A stretch of 64,000 nt of DNA, taken from contig CM052817.1 of the NCBI GenBank assembly GCA_028534125.1, positions 65,288,001 to 65,352,000 of the forward strand, given 5' to 3'. The DNA is from Lama glama. Taxonomy: Eukaryota. Shown one piece after another: positions 12,788-25,875 of the stretch. A model generated the notes under the pieces. That model made no database searches. It saw only the letters and a program-made list of their open reading frames with translations, and had not been told where the DNA came from. The translations under genes and the position numbers were made by a program. Numbering within the stretch: position 1 is the stretch's first letter; each line of letters begins with the position of its first letter.

Positions 12788-13097
12788 CCTACCTATCTAT
12801 GCAACTCTAAAATCTGCAAAGCTGATGTCACAGTTTCAGTCTTAGGCTGGCAGGCTATTGTAGAACCAGGAAGAACTGACACCCCAGTCAAAGGCCATCA
12901 AGCAGGAGACTTTTCTCTGACTTGGGGTAGGGTCAGGCATTCAACTGATTGGATGAAACTTACTCGCATTAGAAAGAACAACCTGCTTTACTCAGTCCAC
13001 TGATGTAAATGTTAATCTCATCCAAAATTCACCCTTACAGAAACATCCAGAGTAACATTAGACCAAATATCTGGGCACAGTGTGGTCCAGTCAAGGC
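12592..13097 (-). mobile_element. ERVL LTR, MLT2 family
   Basis: gggtctctagagaaacagaac...cattcaactgattggatga...ctgctttactcagtccactgatgtaaatgttaatctcatccaaaa...gaccaaatatctgggcac. Confidence 0.85.
12721..12800. repeat. Compound tetranucleotide microsatellite (GCCT)n(ATCT)n inside MLT2
   Basis: Read directly from the sequence. Confidence 0.95.
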
Positions 13098-13099
13098 TT

Positions 13100-13607
13100 T
13101 AGTCCCAGGGGTGAGGCAGGAGAGAAGGATCCAAATTGGCTTTTGCACTCTTCCTGTAGCCCCTTCTTCCTCTCCTCGGTATGCATCCGAGGGAGGACTT
13201 CGTGGATCTCTCTCTCTGCCCCCATCTTTCTTGTGAGCACACAGTTAAGTCTGTGAGAAGAGCCAGTAACTCCCCAGGTGTCTGCAGCTCCCAGGGTTGT
13301 ACTATTCTCATCCCAGCCTACACTCAGCCTGAAACAGTTAAGTGAAAACTTCAGCTGCATTCTTCTTCCTGTCCTTTGCTGTGGTCCTTTCTTTCTCTCG
13401 TGCTCTGCTACAGTGACGTGTGCTGGTTTCCCATCTGTCCTTGGAGGCAATGTCTTACTTTAGATTTCAGGTTATTTGGTTCTCATGAGACTTTAGTTAT
13501 TTGGTAAATTTAAGAAAAGTTGTGGTTTTGCAGATTATCTGGTAAATTTTTTGATATAAAGTTGGGAGTAATGCTTTCCCTACCTTTCTACATCCTAAGT
13601 GGAAGCT
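13100..13607 (-). mobile_element. Ancient L1 5'-end fragment (L1M4/L1ME-type)
   Basis: Reverse complement starts cttccacttaggatgtagaaagg...ccagataatctgcaaaaccacaacttttctt...aacctgaaatctaa, matching my recollection of old L1 5' ends. Confidence 0.55.
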
Positions 13608-13726
13608 ACAAATCCAGTAATTTGTTCTTTAAGGTAAGTATCAGCTGTTTTTCAGCTATAATTAAGGTGGCAAAGAGGCACTAATCACCTTGAGAGGTGA
13701 ATGGAAACTATTAAAAATTGGTAATC

Positions 13727-14077
13727 GCCTTATCCATCTGGGCTTCTGTAAAAATATGCCACAGACTGGATGACTTGTAAACAACAAACATTTACTTCTC
13801 ACAGTCTGGAGACTGGAAATTCAAGATGAGGGTGCTAACATAGTAGGGTTCTTGTGAGAGCCCTCTTCTGGGCTGCTGACTGCCAGCTTCTCACAGGGAG
13901 GAAGGAGCTGGGGAGCTCGGTGGGGTCTCCTTCATACAAGCACTGCTCCCAATCATGAGGGCTCCACTCTTGGGACCTAATTACCACCTAAAGGCCCCAC
14001 CTCTTAATACCATCACATTGAGGATGAGGGTTTCAATAGATGAATTTTGAGGGGACAGAGACATTCAGACCACAGTA
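13727..14077 (-). mobile_element. MaLR LTR, MLT1A-like
   Basis: ccacagactggatgacttgtaaacaacaaacatttacttctcacagtctggag...ggccccacctcttaataccatcacattg...acattcagaccacagta. Confidence 0.9.
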
Positions 14078-14519
14078 GTAATCTTCTAAGATCAAAATAT
14101 AGCCTATCCTTTGTATTGGCAGTTTGATAAGAAACTCATGCTGGAGGTAATCTCATATAAATGAGAACAAATTTAAATATTCAATTATTTATCACTCGTC
14201 AGTAGTAAAGTAGCAGGGAAAACTAGGATGATCTAGCTAGGGTATAGATAGAGGCTGGATGCCTTTTCTTCTAGAGAAAAATATAGGAGAAATTGAAGAT
14301 CAGGTAACAAGAGAAATCGTCACTTTTTTTTATCCCTTTGGCTCTTCTGATAAATCTTTAGTATAAGTTATTCTGGGCTCATATTGGACCTGTGTTGCTC
14401 CATCAGCTATTTCTCAAAACAGCTCTGGCTTCCTTTAGTGGGAAATGATAGTTGGAGAACACCTGGGTACAAGGTGCGCTCTTTGCTATTGGGTTGGTCA
14501 TTATTTCTCAACCTTCAGT

Positions 14520-15725
14520 GGACAAAGCTAAGAAGTACACAACACAGACACACATGTGCACACATAAACACATCTATACTAATGTAAAAAACTGTATAAA
14601 TTGAAAAATGTCAGGGCTATAGGGATTTTTATTTAACCTCTTCTGTTTTATATCTGTATGTCCTTTCTCCCAACATCAAAATCCCTAGTTCTCAAGGACA
14701 CAGGGAATAACAGAATGTGAGCACCCATAATTACTCATTTACTTTATTTCATATAGCAGTCTCAGAATAACAATAGTAAAATTATCACAGCAATGTAATT
14801 ACTAAGTGTACTTATTCTGATTATGTTTTTTCCACATCCCCCCATTTCAGGAGTTGTACTATTTCTGCATTTTCTGATCATATGGCCATTACATCCAATA
14901 TTCTCTCCTCGTTTACTTTTATTTTCATCTTAGTTCTACAAACAGTTATGTTTAACCTTATCCACTGGTTCTTATGTTGATATCTCTATAGCTATTTTAG
15001 TTTTTTGAAGCCTCCTTTCTAGTAAATTCCTCAGGAAAGACCCATGAGAACACCACCTCTGAGTTCTTGAATGTTGATAACTTCTCTGTATCTTTTTTTG
15101 AAAATCCATTTTCTCTGGATATAAAATTTGTAACTCACATTTTCCTTTCTTGATAATCTAAAATGTTATTCAATTTTTTTCTGACATAAAATGTTGTTTT
15201 TGAAAAAATGTATTTTTCTTTTGCTTGTAAGTCTCCTGTTCTTTTCATCTAGATGCTCAAAGGCTTATTTTTTAATTTTTAATGTCCTGTAACTTTACTG
15301 AAATATGTCTTGAGGTTGGTTCTTTTGGTTTAATATTCTCAAGTACATGGTATGTACTTTCAAAATGTAGTCTAAACTCTTATTTACTCTATTTCTGGGA
15401 TGTGTTCTTGAATTATAATTTTTTCTATTTGTTTTGTCCCCTCCTCCTTTTAGGCACTCCTATTATTGCTATGTGATTTTTTTTCTCTATCTTCATATTT
15501 GCTATTTTCTCTTGAATCCTCCTTTTTCTTCTTTCATGTCTTTTGATTTAAAGTTTTCCTACTTTCACCTTCTATTCTTAAGGCATTCGTTATTGTGAAC
15601 ATTCGTTTGTAATCCTTATTTAGTTTTTATTTCTGAAATAATTTTTCTTTTCTTTTAAAATCCCCAACCCCCCAAGTTCTATCTGAGCTTTTCTAATTCT
15701 GATTTATGTTGGTCTTTTGTACCTA
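14520..15725 (-). mobile_element. HAL1/ancient L1 fragment (continues ~16640-17060)
   Basis: T-rich degenerate LINE text with gtctcagaataacaata, ctagtaaattcctcaggaaag, ctggatataaaatt...actcacattttc. Confidence 0.55.
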
Positions 15726-15759
15726 GAATCACTGCTATAAGCTGCTAGTGGTGTGCTAG

Positions 15760-16225
15760 TCCTAAGAGAACACCCGTTGTTTGGTCTGGATGTCTTCATT
15801 CAGTCACCTTTTCTGGGATGAGAATATGAGAATTCCTTTTCTTCTGGGAATTGGCTCTACAACTTGCCCAACACATCTGTTTGGGAGCTGGCATATGTAC
15901 GTCTGATGACAGTTACTCGTGCCACGCTGGGCACTTGACTCAAACTGAGTCCCTCGCCATGGCTTTTGATGTTGGCCCTGAGCTCAATCTCTTTCTTGTG
16001 AAAGAAAGGTATTTTGCACTTGGTGAGAAGAAGAGCCCCAGACACTGAGATACAGACACGTGGGTGGAGGAGTCCTGACTGAATTCAAGGCTGCAGTTAT
16101 TCCCAAGACCCAATTGTTTCCATGGTCTCTCCCAGCTTCGTTGGTCTGCTCAACACCTGAGCATCCTTTGATAAACTCTCCCTATCTACACAAGCATACT
16201 GGAGTAGGGATCTGTTAACAGGAAG
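15760..16225 (+). mobile_element. Diverged ERVL-type LTR (LTR33-like)
   Basis: GC-richer block within HAL1 with gggcacttgactcaaactgag and ataaactctccct...ggagtagggatctgtt 3' end. Confidence 0.4.
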
Positions 16226-16469
16226 AATGTATCTTACAGTGTATTTATATTACTTTTTACACAAGCAATAATCAAGCCTGGAACATGATAAACTCTTTCA
16301 AGCTCCGTAAGAACCATATTTCTCTTCATTTCTACAACATTTTTCATAGCATCTCGATATTTCTTTTTAGAGTATCCTCATTTAAGTTTCATTCAGAATA
16401 TTCTTATTTATGCTTCACAGACAACTTTAAATCTTGGACTGGATATACTTTCTCTTCTCTATTTTTTTT

Positions 16470-16626
16470 TAAAGGCATTTTATTTATTTTGTTTGTGGGG
16501 TTTTTTGTTTTTGTTTTTTGGTGGGGGGAAGTAATTAGGTTTGTTTGTTTGTTTTAATGGAGGTCCTGGGGATTGAGCCCAGGGCCCTGTGCGTGCTAAG
16601 CATATACTCTACCACTGAGCTATATT
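16470..16626 (-). mobile_element. tRNA-derived SINE, camelid Vic-1-like
   Basis: Reverse complement: atatagctcagtggtagagtatatgcttagcacgcacagggccctgggctcaatccccaggacctcc...aaacctaattacttcccccc + A-rich tail; homologous to 1317-1461. Confidence 0.85.
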
Positions 16627-17969
16627 TTTTTTCCTGTTGTTTTGGCTTTTTGTGTTTTCCTTCTATGTTCTACATGGGCTTTTCAATTGTATTCCATACA
16701 ATTTTCTTAACTTTCTAAATTGTCTGTTCTGCTCTTTATTGTACCCAAAGTAGATTTTCATTTTGCTACTGCATTCTTTTCTTATTTCAGCCAATATCCT
16801 TTGTAACTCTGCCTTTATTTCAGCCTTTTTGTTTGTAGGAATGCAGGCTCTGGTTTTATAGAGTCTCTGAGATTTTTGTGGAAACACTGAGTCTGAAATT
16901 CTTATGTAATATTGAAGAAAAGAATTTTCAGAGCCATGACCTCCCTTAGTCTTTAGGGAAATCTTTCCCTCCTTTCCAAATGTTTTCTTTCTCATGTTTT
17001 AGTAGGCTCCATTATTTATTTCCTGGATGTGCTGACTAGCTTGGGGAAGAGCTATCCAGGATAGCATTTTTCAGCAAAGTTCAGTTGCCTTAGTCTCCTT
17101 TGCTGTTCACTTGGGCTCAGGCAACTTTCCTCGTCTCAATCTAAAGCTGAAGGTCAGAATGCAGCATTTTACTTTATTCTGTTTGTAATGCCTGGCTGAT
17201 GTTCATCTCACATGCCTGTGCTGGTACTGAAGTGAACCTTGGGCTCTGGCTGTGCTGGGAAATGAAATGAAGTTCTTTGAACAGTGTCCTATATGAAGCA
17301 GCACACCCATCTCAGCCCTCCCAGCTCTGTTGTGTCTCTTTTAATTTTTGTGCTTTTTTTTTTTCAAATACAAAACAGCCTTGGATATTATCTTAATGTT
17401 TCTCTCTACTTCTTACTAATGGAATGGAAAAATAAAAAGAGAAAAGAGCTGATGGAAGTGATGTAAAAGGACAGGATGGGACTCTGGTTACTTCTGAAAA
17501 TAATTATTTGCTTGTTTTTCTGCAGAATTTAGCCACTATACTCTGGGGTTAGGTATACAAAAGGGAAATGAGCCAGAGTTTTCCTTTTATTTCTTTGCTG
17601 AGCACCTTTTGCTTTTGGGTCAGATGATTATGATACAGAGTCCAATAATTTGCTTTCAATCTATCCTCACTGACAACACACTTAGGGGCAATTGCCTGGA
17701 AAATTTGGTATGTCATTTTTTTTTTCTTTTGCTACTGTCAGTTTTTGTCTCCTTTTATCTTCATGAATGTTTTAATGGGAAACAGCAGACCAGACACATC
17801 TAATCTGTATTCATGTTCCCTATTAAATCTCATTCGATTTGGGGGAATTATACTAGTGTTTATGAAGACAAAAACTCTATTAGTAAATTTAACAGAAGCA
17901 TGTTTATATTTTTATTGCAAAAGACAATGAAACAGAGATAGTCTCTGTTTCTGGGACACAGAATCTCTA

Positions 17970-18165
17970 TAGTACAGTGAGTAACAGCATGGACTTTGGA
18001 ATCAAGTAGACATGGGTCTAAATTTAGGCAACACCACTTTCTATGACTTTGGGCTACTTATTCAACCATTCTGAACGTCATTTTCTTATGTGTAAAATGG
18101 GTATAACAGTACTTACTTTATAGGTGAGGAATGCACTTAGCATTGTGCTTGGCATATTGTAACTA
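17970..18165 (+). mobile_element. MIR SINE
   Basis: agcatggactttggaatcaagtagacatgggtctaaat...tgactttgggctacttattcaacc...gtaaaatggg. Confidence 0.7.
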
Positions 18166-19671
18166 CCAAACGATTGGTACCAAATCAATCAATAATGATT
18201 GATTATTACAACTATGATAAAATATAGTATCTTTGAGTTTCATGAGCCTCATAAGCAAGACTGCTATTTGATACTTTTAGAAAATAGCATTTATGATAGA
18301 CCTAAGCCATCACATGAGCTGACATACAGTTATTTTTAACAATGTACACCACACATAACTTTCCTGTGCTACACACCTTATCCATGTATGTTAACATGCA
18401 AATATAACCCTAGGCGATTTGTGTAGGAAGCGATTATTTAGTTACTCAATTAGGAAGGTGGCAATTCGTTCATACATTGTATATGTCTAAAATAAAATTG
18501 TTAACTTGCTTTGCCTACAGGCATGATAAAGTCTCCTTTAAGGAAACAACAATTTCCCACAGAAGAAAGAAAACAAAAGTTTCTGGATGAAAATAGGAAA
18601 ACAAGTTTGCACTAGTCATGAAGAGTCTTGTCAGAGTCCAGCTGAGGAAGATCGGGCAAAACACCATGTAAGTGCATCCAAAACCAGACTAGCAGAAGCC
18701 CCCCTCACAGTCAATTGGTCTCAAGGTCATAGAGCTTTGTTCTGCTGTAGAAGGCTAGGCATTGTGGATCAAAGAACATCATTCGCAACCAAACTGGCAT
18801 CATTCTGAAAACAAAGTATGTGTATATTCCTGGTAATTTCATCCAGCCATTTTATGTGCCAAGAAAGTTACTAATTGTCTCCATCTAGAGCTCCAGCTAG
18901 AGCTTGATTATACAGCAAAACACTGCATAGTTTATCACTTCTCTAGCTATACTATTGCTTGTCCTCCTTTTCTTCTTCCTCTGCTGCCTAATCCTTTCAC
19001 TGTTTGTTAACTCTGTCACCCGTGGAGTTAGTCCCCTTCCACAAATGAAGTTTCATTGTTTCACCTCTAATAGCCACTCATGTAAAGTATTTGAAAAAGG
19101 AGAAATTTGAAGCTACAATTTTTAACATCTTGTTGAAATTGTGAATTTCATTTGTTTGAGATGATTAGCCTTAAAAAAATAGCATAGGATATTTTATTTT
19201 AAAACATATCCAGCTTCATGCAGTGTATTTAAAAAGAGAGAAAAAGAAAAAAAGCTTAGCAAATGCTAGGTTGTAAAATAGAAATGACCATCAATTAGGG
19301 AGGAGCTGCTGGTTCAGAGAAAAGCTGATTCATACAGTAAAGCCATTCTCTGCCTCAGATAGAGGAGAAGGAGAACTGGGCAACTGACACATGGGTGGGT
19401 GTAGATCCATGTCTTCAAGAAATTCTAAGTGCCATCTGCTAGGGGCATGACTCTGAACAAGTCCCTTTTAATATCTTTGAATCTCAGCATGGTTAATTGT
19501 GAAGTGTGGTTCGAATATAAACTCCATCGAGTTTATGTAGATTCTTCTAATGAGGAGTCTGAGAAAATGCAGGGGTTGAAAGTTCAAACAGCACAAGAAA
19601 TGAGACCTTTTGCTTGCAGAAATTAAACATGGTCTTGCAGAATAGAGTCCCCTGAGTGAAGGGGACAAGGC

Positions 19672-19900
19672 AGCATAATATAATGAGTAAGAGCAGAAAC
19701 CCTGGAGCCAGACTGCCTGGGTTTAATCCCAGCTGTACCACTTACCCGGTGTGGCCTTTCTGTTCCTCAGTTTCCTCATCTGTAAAACAGAGATGATAGT
19801 GATAGTGCTTACCTAGTGTTATTTTCAGGATTAAACAAGTTAATATGTGAAAAATGCTTAGCATCTAGCCTACAATGCATGCTATGGAAATACTTTTTAA
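19672..19900 (+). mobile_element. MIR SINE
   Basis: ctggagccagactgcctgggtttaatcccagctgtaccactta...ctcagtttcctcatctgtaaaacagagatgatag. Confidence 0.85.
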
Positions 19901-20424
19901 GTAAATTTTGAGGAAAGAAACATCAATTCTTAAACAAATAGTCTTGATAGTTTGGTGTTAAGGGCATATACTTTGTATACATGGGTGCTTATTATGTGAA
20001 TGTTTATTTCTCTATGTTGGATATTATGTGGTCTGAAGAAATTAAAATTAATAAAAATCTATGTTTTAATTTACATATAGGATTAAAAATTGAAGTGGAT
20101 TATAATGGATTGAAAGTAGCATATACTTAGTTCTTGGTGCTGTAGAATCTTTGTACCAGTCGTAGGAGACCTAGGATGTCACAGCAATGCATCTGAATTT
20201 CAATAGCACAAGCTTCCCTAAAGTCCCTAAAAAAACCAATGAGATGGACATTTGGAGAGAGGAGATAGGGGTTCCCCACAGTAGGACCAAAACACACACA
20301 AAGCATTATACATAGCTGTACACAATTCTACAAGAGGAAGCTGCAGGAAAGTGGAATATCTAGCATTAGCGCCAACGGTGTGAAGATTTGGAGTGGATGG
20401 ATGGGAGACGTCCCTGCAGCAGAG

Positions 20425-20755
20425 TATTGTGACAGGCCAGACTATTCCCAGTTGTCCGCTCCCTGTCTCACGCGTTGGCTAATGAGATGTGAGTGGAGAG
20501 GGTGGTCGTCTCAACTAAAAGAAGCCTAAATGCAATTGGGTGCTTCATCCTGAACCCCTTCCTCCTGCCCTTCACCGTGAGAGTCGAGGTGATAGCGGCA
20601 CCTGGGTTTGGGAATGGGACGACACGGGAGGCCTGGGGAGCCCAGCTGAGTTCAGCAGGCCCTGCCAGGCCACAGCCTTCAAGTAACAGGAGGAATAAGT
20701 CTGTAAGCTGCCGAGCTATTGGGGTTGTTTGTTCCTGCCACAAAAGCTGACACAC
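20425..20755 (+). mobile_element. MaLR LTR (MLT1I/J-like)
   Basis: tgtgacaggccagact...ggctaatgagatgtgagtggag...aataagtctgtaagctgccgagctattggggttgtttgtt...aaaagctgaca. Confidence 0.6.
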
Positions 20756-21519
20756 AGTACTGCCTGGAAGAGTTTCCTTTTCTTGCCTCCTTAAGGACAT
20801 GGTCTAAGTGGCCTAGGGAAGTTTGTGGTGCCAAAAAAGCACTTTGGTACATTAGTCACAGTTCAATGTCCTAATTATCATACTTAGAATACCCATCTGT
20901 GTAAAGCCAGTAAATCTAAGAATTTGTAAATAGACCTTCTAAACTCGGGGCCCTCCTTGTTTACATCATTGAGACATTAGTAATAGTTTGGGGGGACAAA
21001 GGTCTGTTGTCTTTCTCTACTGCTGTTGCAAAATACCACATATATTGGTGGCACCACTTAAATTATAGTAATTTATTTGGAATAGATGGAATGATAACAA
21101 TACTCTGACTTTACATTTCTACAGCTTCTTTGGTCCAAGGCAGTCAAAGGAGCCTTGAAACAGAGTCTCACTGATTCTTATGATTTGTCCACAAGTGCTG
21201 AGGTAGATATAGTTATTGTACAATTTTCGCAAGGCAGAAAAATGGAAGATGCCTTCATGAAAGATGGTTCTGGGCAATAAAATACCTGGGTATTTGAAAT
21301 TACAGAGGCAAAGAATCAATGACCAACAAAATTTAAAATAATTTCTATTATGTTCTCAAAATAGTGTACTATTTGGTGGCTATAAGCAGTTCAGCTTTAT
21401 AGTGGAACAAAGCAGGTAAATGATGTCAAATCTAAGATGAGGCATCTGTCTTCACCCCTATGCTGAATATTCTGACAAATTTCCTTATCTTCTTATAATT
21501 TATTTACATTCTTTATAAA

Positions 21520-21800
21520 AGTGATATAATTTCTGTGTTTTTTAACTTCTTTCATTCATTGGGATTTTTTAAAGCATTTTTTGTGGTTAAGTACATGATT
21601 CAGTTATAAACATTTAACAGATTCAAGAGAACAATATGTATTCTTGGTTAACATGGTACATAGTTATAGATATTTCTATCAAAGCAGGTTTCTTCATTGT
21701 GATTACATTTCTTTAGAGCCTTATGCTTTCTCTGCTTGATTTATTAAGTTCTGAAAGAGACATGTTAAAAGCCTTCACTATGATTGTGGTTGTTGTCAAA
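21520..21800 (-). mobile_element. Ancient L1 ORF2 fragment
   Basis: ttctgaaagagacatgttaaaagccttcactatgattgtgg matches the reverse of the L1 endonuclease region. Confidence 0.55.
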
Positions 21801-21859
21801 ATTAGTTATCTATATTCTGTTCAATCCTTTTCCTTCACTGAAGATTTCAGCACTATTCC

Positions 21860-23310
21860 TCACTACTATGGTCCTTTTCTCTTATTATCAATTATTTTTT
21901 ATCCACCTTTCCTCAGCCACCCTGTCCCCAGATCTTATCCTTATCAATGTTAAAAGTTGTCATTACAAATAGCCAAAATGGTTTCAATTTCTAGCACTCC
22001 ACATTCTGTCCATCACCTTTTCCTATCATTCCAGCCCACTTTCCACCATAACAGCTCTTCAACTACTGTATCTAACCTGTTAATCCCACCAATCTGTTAC
22101 TACTCATCATCCACCTCATGTTTTATTTTTTCCTACTTACCCAGCTTAAACTTCGTGGTCCCTTACTGTAATCCCTCCTTTTTATAAACCTTCAATTGCC
22201 TTGCTCCACTCTCTCCCATTACATGCTGCTTTAAAACTTCAACACTGGTTACATCTAACGCTCCACCTACTCCATGCTTACCAGTGAGCATTGAAACATT
22301 GCTGGAGAAAACACATCAGATTGGCTGGTTTCACTTTTCATTTATAACCACAGGAGCACTATCACTTTTACTGCATTCCCCACTCATCTAGGAAACTACT
22401 TTACAATTCCTCTCTGCTGTTTCCCCTTTGCAGTAATATTCTTCTTCTTTTCCACTTCTTCACCCTCAGCTAAAAACACCACTTTCACTTCACTGAGGAC
22501 ATAGAAGCTCTCAGGAGACACCCCCAGCTCTCTCACCACAGGTCTACGTACTCACCTGCCTCGTATCTTTATACTTGTCCTCGACTTCCCTGACAATGAT
22601 GCATCCCTGCGTCTTTCAGGACCAGCCTCTTCCTTTTAGAAAAGTATACTTTTCTACTCACAGATTTGTTTGCTCTAATCCAGCAATTACTTTTTCTCTT
22701 TCCTTCCCTCCAGCATCACTAATCCTCCCCTTTCTACCAGAGCATTTTCATCAGCATAGAAACACACTATAAAACTACAAATCTTTCTCAGATCCAATAC
22801 CCTCCCCGCAGATACTGCACCATTTCTCTGCTTTTTTGAAGTATGTATCATGTCCAGCTCTCACCCCACATTCACTCTTGAACCCATTCCTCTCTGACTT
22901 TGCCCTTCAAGTTCACCAGAGCTCTTCATTCAAAATCACCAATGACCTCCATGTTGCCAAATCCAACAATTGGTCCTTAGTCTCCATCTTGTATTACCTA
23001 ATAGCATGTTTATACAACTAATTGTTCCTTCCTTGAAATACTTCACTTAGCTTCTGGGATACCTCTTTCCTGGTTTTCCTTTTACCTCCCTATCTGCTCC
23101 TATTTGTCTCCTTCAGAGTTCCCCTCCTCTTTTTCATGTCCAGATGTTGGAGAGCTCCAGGGTTTGGGACTATTTCTCATCTCCATATAAGACTTTTCTG
23201 ATTTCCTCAACCAAGGGCTTTATACTACTTTATGTATTGACAACTCCTAAATTAGCCTCTCCAGTCTTTGTTTCTCCCCTGAGCTACAGGCTTGTAAATT
23301 CAACTTTCTA
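21860..23310 (+). mobile_element. L2 LINE fragment (ORF2 to near 3' end)
   Basis: C/T-rich; tcaccaatgacctccatgttgccaaatccaa, cttagcttctgggatacc...cctggttttcct, tgacaactccta. Confidence 0.8.
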
Positions 23311-24467
23311 CCCTTTAGGTATCTTATTCTACCCTGAGTAAGAGTCCTCTCTTGGGGCATTGACAGTGTGGGGTGAAGAAAAACGCTGCAATCTGTTGGC
23401 CTTCCTCAGTTGCTTTTGTTGAGTTCCAATATTATTTGTGTACAAGGAGCCAGGATGGGCAGACTTATGTCAAGTTGCTAGAAGACGAGCACATGGCAGC
23501 CCAAGAGAGTTGATCTGAGTGGAATGTTCTTCACTAAGCTCATTTATCAATGGATACTGGTATTGAATGACAGTACATGGTAGATATCTGGGAGTAATTA
23601 ATCTATTCACCATGGATCATACTACAGTTGAACTCCTCTCTTAAAACCATTTTCACACTTATTCTAAGCTGGGACCAAGACTGTTATTTCTCCCTCATTT
23701 TAATCCTTAATATTGCTGTCCAAGTCCCATCTGCACTCAGGCTGAATGGGGAATGTCAGCAGCTGCAAACAATAAAAAGACTGAAGTGCATTCATACTCA
23801 GCTGGTGACATATCCAATATGATGCTCCCTTAAAACCGCCTCACATGCATAAACTCAAGAGTATTTTCTCATGTCATCAACCGTAAGCCAGTTGCTGATA
23901 ATGTAAAGCCAACTCCTCACTTTTGTAGACAAATGTGTCACTCATCTTAAAATCTTTCTTGACAAATGCAGCTAAATAGCGAATCATTCCTAGTTGGGTT
24001 AATAAAGTGATGAAGAGGCCAACTGGGGATCTTTATCCCATTTAAATCTTATTATAAACTTATTACCTTGAAAAAACTCAAGTGTAATACAACAGTATGG
24101 AGAGGTCCAAGTGTGATCATCAGATCCAATGATGAGAGCAGATTCTGAGACATAGTTACTGATAGCATTTGTATAATGAAGCACATTATGTAAACTTTTA
24201 AGCCTACTGGACACTGAAGCTTGCTTAACTGAACTTTACAAAATCAATTCAATTTTCTTGAACTTTTATATATTAGGGCACTTGCTGAGTGGGTTAGTAA
24301 TTCTCCTGTAAATTGTGAATATTAAAAAAATAAAAATAAAAACAAAAACCTAGATTAAATTAAAGAGGATTTCCTGCTCCTGCTTTGATAGGTAGGCTCT
24401 CTTCCTTGTCAATCTGTCAACTTTTTGGAGCACTTCCCAAATATTCACTTACTTGTTTGTCCCTTTA

Positions 24468-24680
24468 CTCATTCATTCATTATTTGCTGGGTAACTTCTA
24501 TGTGTTAAGGACTATTCTAAGATCTGGGGATATGTCAGTGAACAAAACAGACACATACCTGCCCTTGTGAAGTGTTTGTTTTATTAAAGGGAACCAATAT
24601 TTTGAAAATAAGTAAATAGACACATAAAATAATGTCAATTTGTGAAAAGTGCTACAGGGAGAAATAAAGCTAAGAACCCA
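24468..24680 (-). mobile_element. L2 3' end
   Basis: cattcattcattatttgctggg...actattctaagatctggggatatgtcagtgaacaaaacagac. Confidence 0.75.
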
Positions 24681-24821
24681 GTGGGTAACTGACTTCACTA
24701 TTAGGGAGAGACAACCTTTTGCTCTTCAGGTATGTGATTATTAGTGCAACATCTCACTTAAAAGGTATTCCAGCTATCATGTTGATAAACTGAAAGCTTT
24801 TTGTTGTTCTTGTTGTTTTGA

Positions 24822-25011
24822 TAATGGTTCTAAGAGATATTACCCAGAATGGCTGCATTGGAATTTCCTGGAGGTCTTTATTAAACACACTGATTCCTGG
24901 GTCCCACCCAAGGTTCATTAAATCATAATCCTGGGGGATCAGGCCTAAGCTTGTGTGCCTTTGAGCGAGCACCCTGACTAACGGGATGTGCTGCCAGCAT
25001 AGGAATCACTG
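24822..25011. mobile_element. MER5-type hAT MITE
   Basis: atggttct...ggctgcattggaatttcctggagg...gattcctgggtcccaccc...gaatcactg. Confidence 0.65.
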
Positions 25012-25665
25012 CAGCTACACAAGGAACAAAGGGGCATTAGGCACAGTCACTCTCTGTATCATTAGCACATGGAGAAATCTGTTAGAACAAGTATAAGAGA
25101 GTTTGTGGCTTTTATTGACCTTTCCTCATCCTTAGGCTCTGTAGGCAGGAAAACATCTGAACAAGTTTCATGACCTCAACTTAGAGCCTTAGTTAGCGGG
25201 GCTCCTGTGGTACCTCGATACTACTTTGAGGTCAAATCAGGCAGGTATTTTGATGGATCAGGTAGCAATTTATAGCTGGGCACCACTGTGATGTGATTTC
25301 TTCTCCTGACTCTGCACTGGATATACAATGACTCGGCGCTTAGACAAGCTGTGTGAACCCATGAAATAGAGAATAAAAGATCACTCTCATATATGTGACG
25401 TGCCTTTATTGTCACAACTGTGGTGTCTTAAGAGACAAGAAATGGATCTAAATTTCAAAAAGGACAGGAGGCAATAATTTCTGACTGATTTTTCTCAGTT
25501 TTTAACAGGACTTTGGAGAATAATCCTGTATATAGCAAGTAGCTTTGTAAATTACCTAGTGTATTATTTGTAATCTGTAAACCTCAGAGGACACATCAGG
25601 AAGTTATATTGCCTAAGGTTAAAGATTATGTGGGGGATTTAATGATTGTGGTTACATTCGGTGGT

Positions 25666-25875
25666 GCTGTTTTGCAAACCTACCTTCATATTGATAAGTC
25701 ACTTGAGGAGCTTAAAAAAAAAATCTGCCTCACCTACAGATATTCTGAATTGATTGGTCTGAGGTGGAGCCTAGACATTTGATTAAAAAAAAAAAAGAAA
25801 GAAAGAAAGAAAAAAGGAAAAGAAAAAAAAAAAGCTTCCTGAGTGATTCCAATGTGTGGCACAAGTAGATTACTG
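25666..25875. mobile_element. MER5-type hAT MITE
   Basis: gtcacttgaggagcttaaaaa...agatattctgaattgattggtctgaggtggagcctagac...aagcttcctgagtgattccaatgtg. Confidence 0.65.
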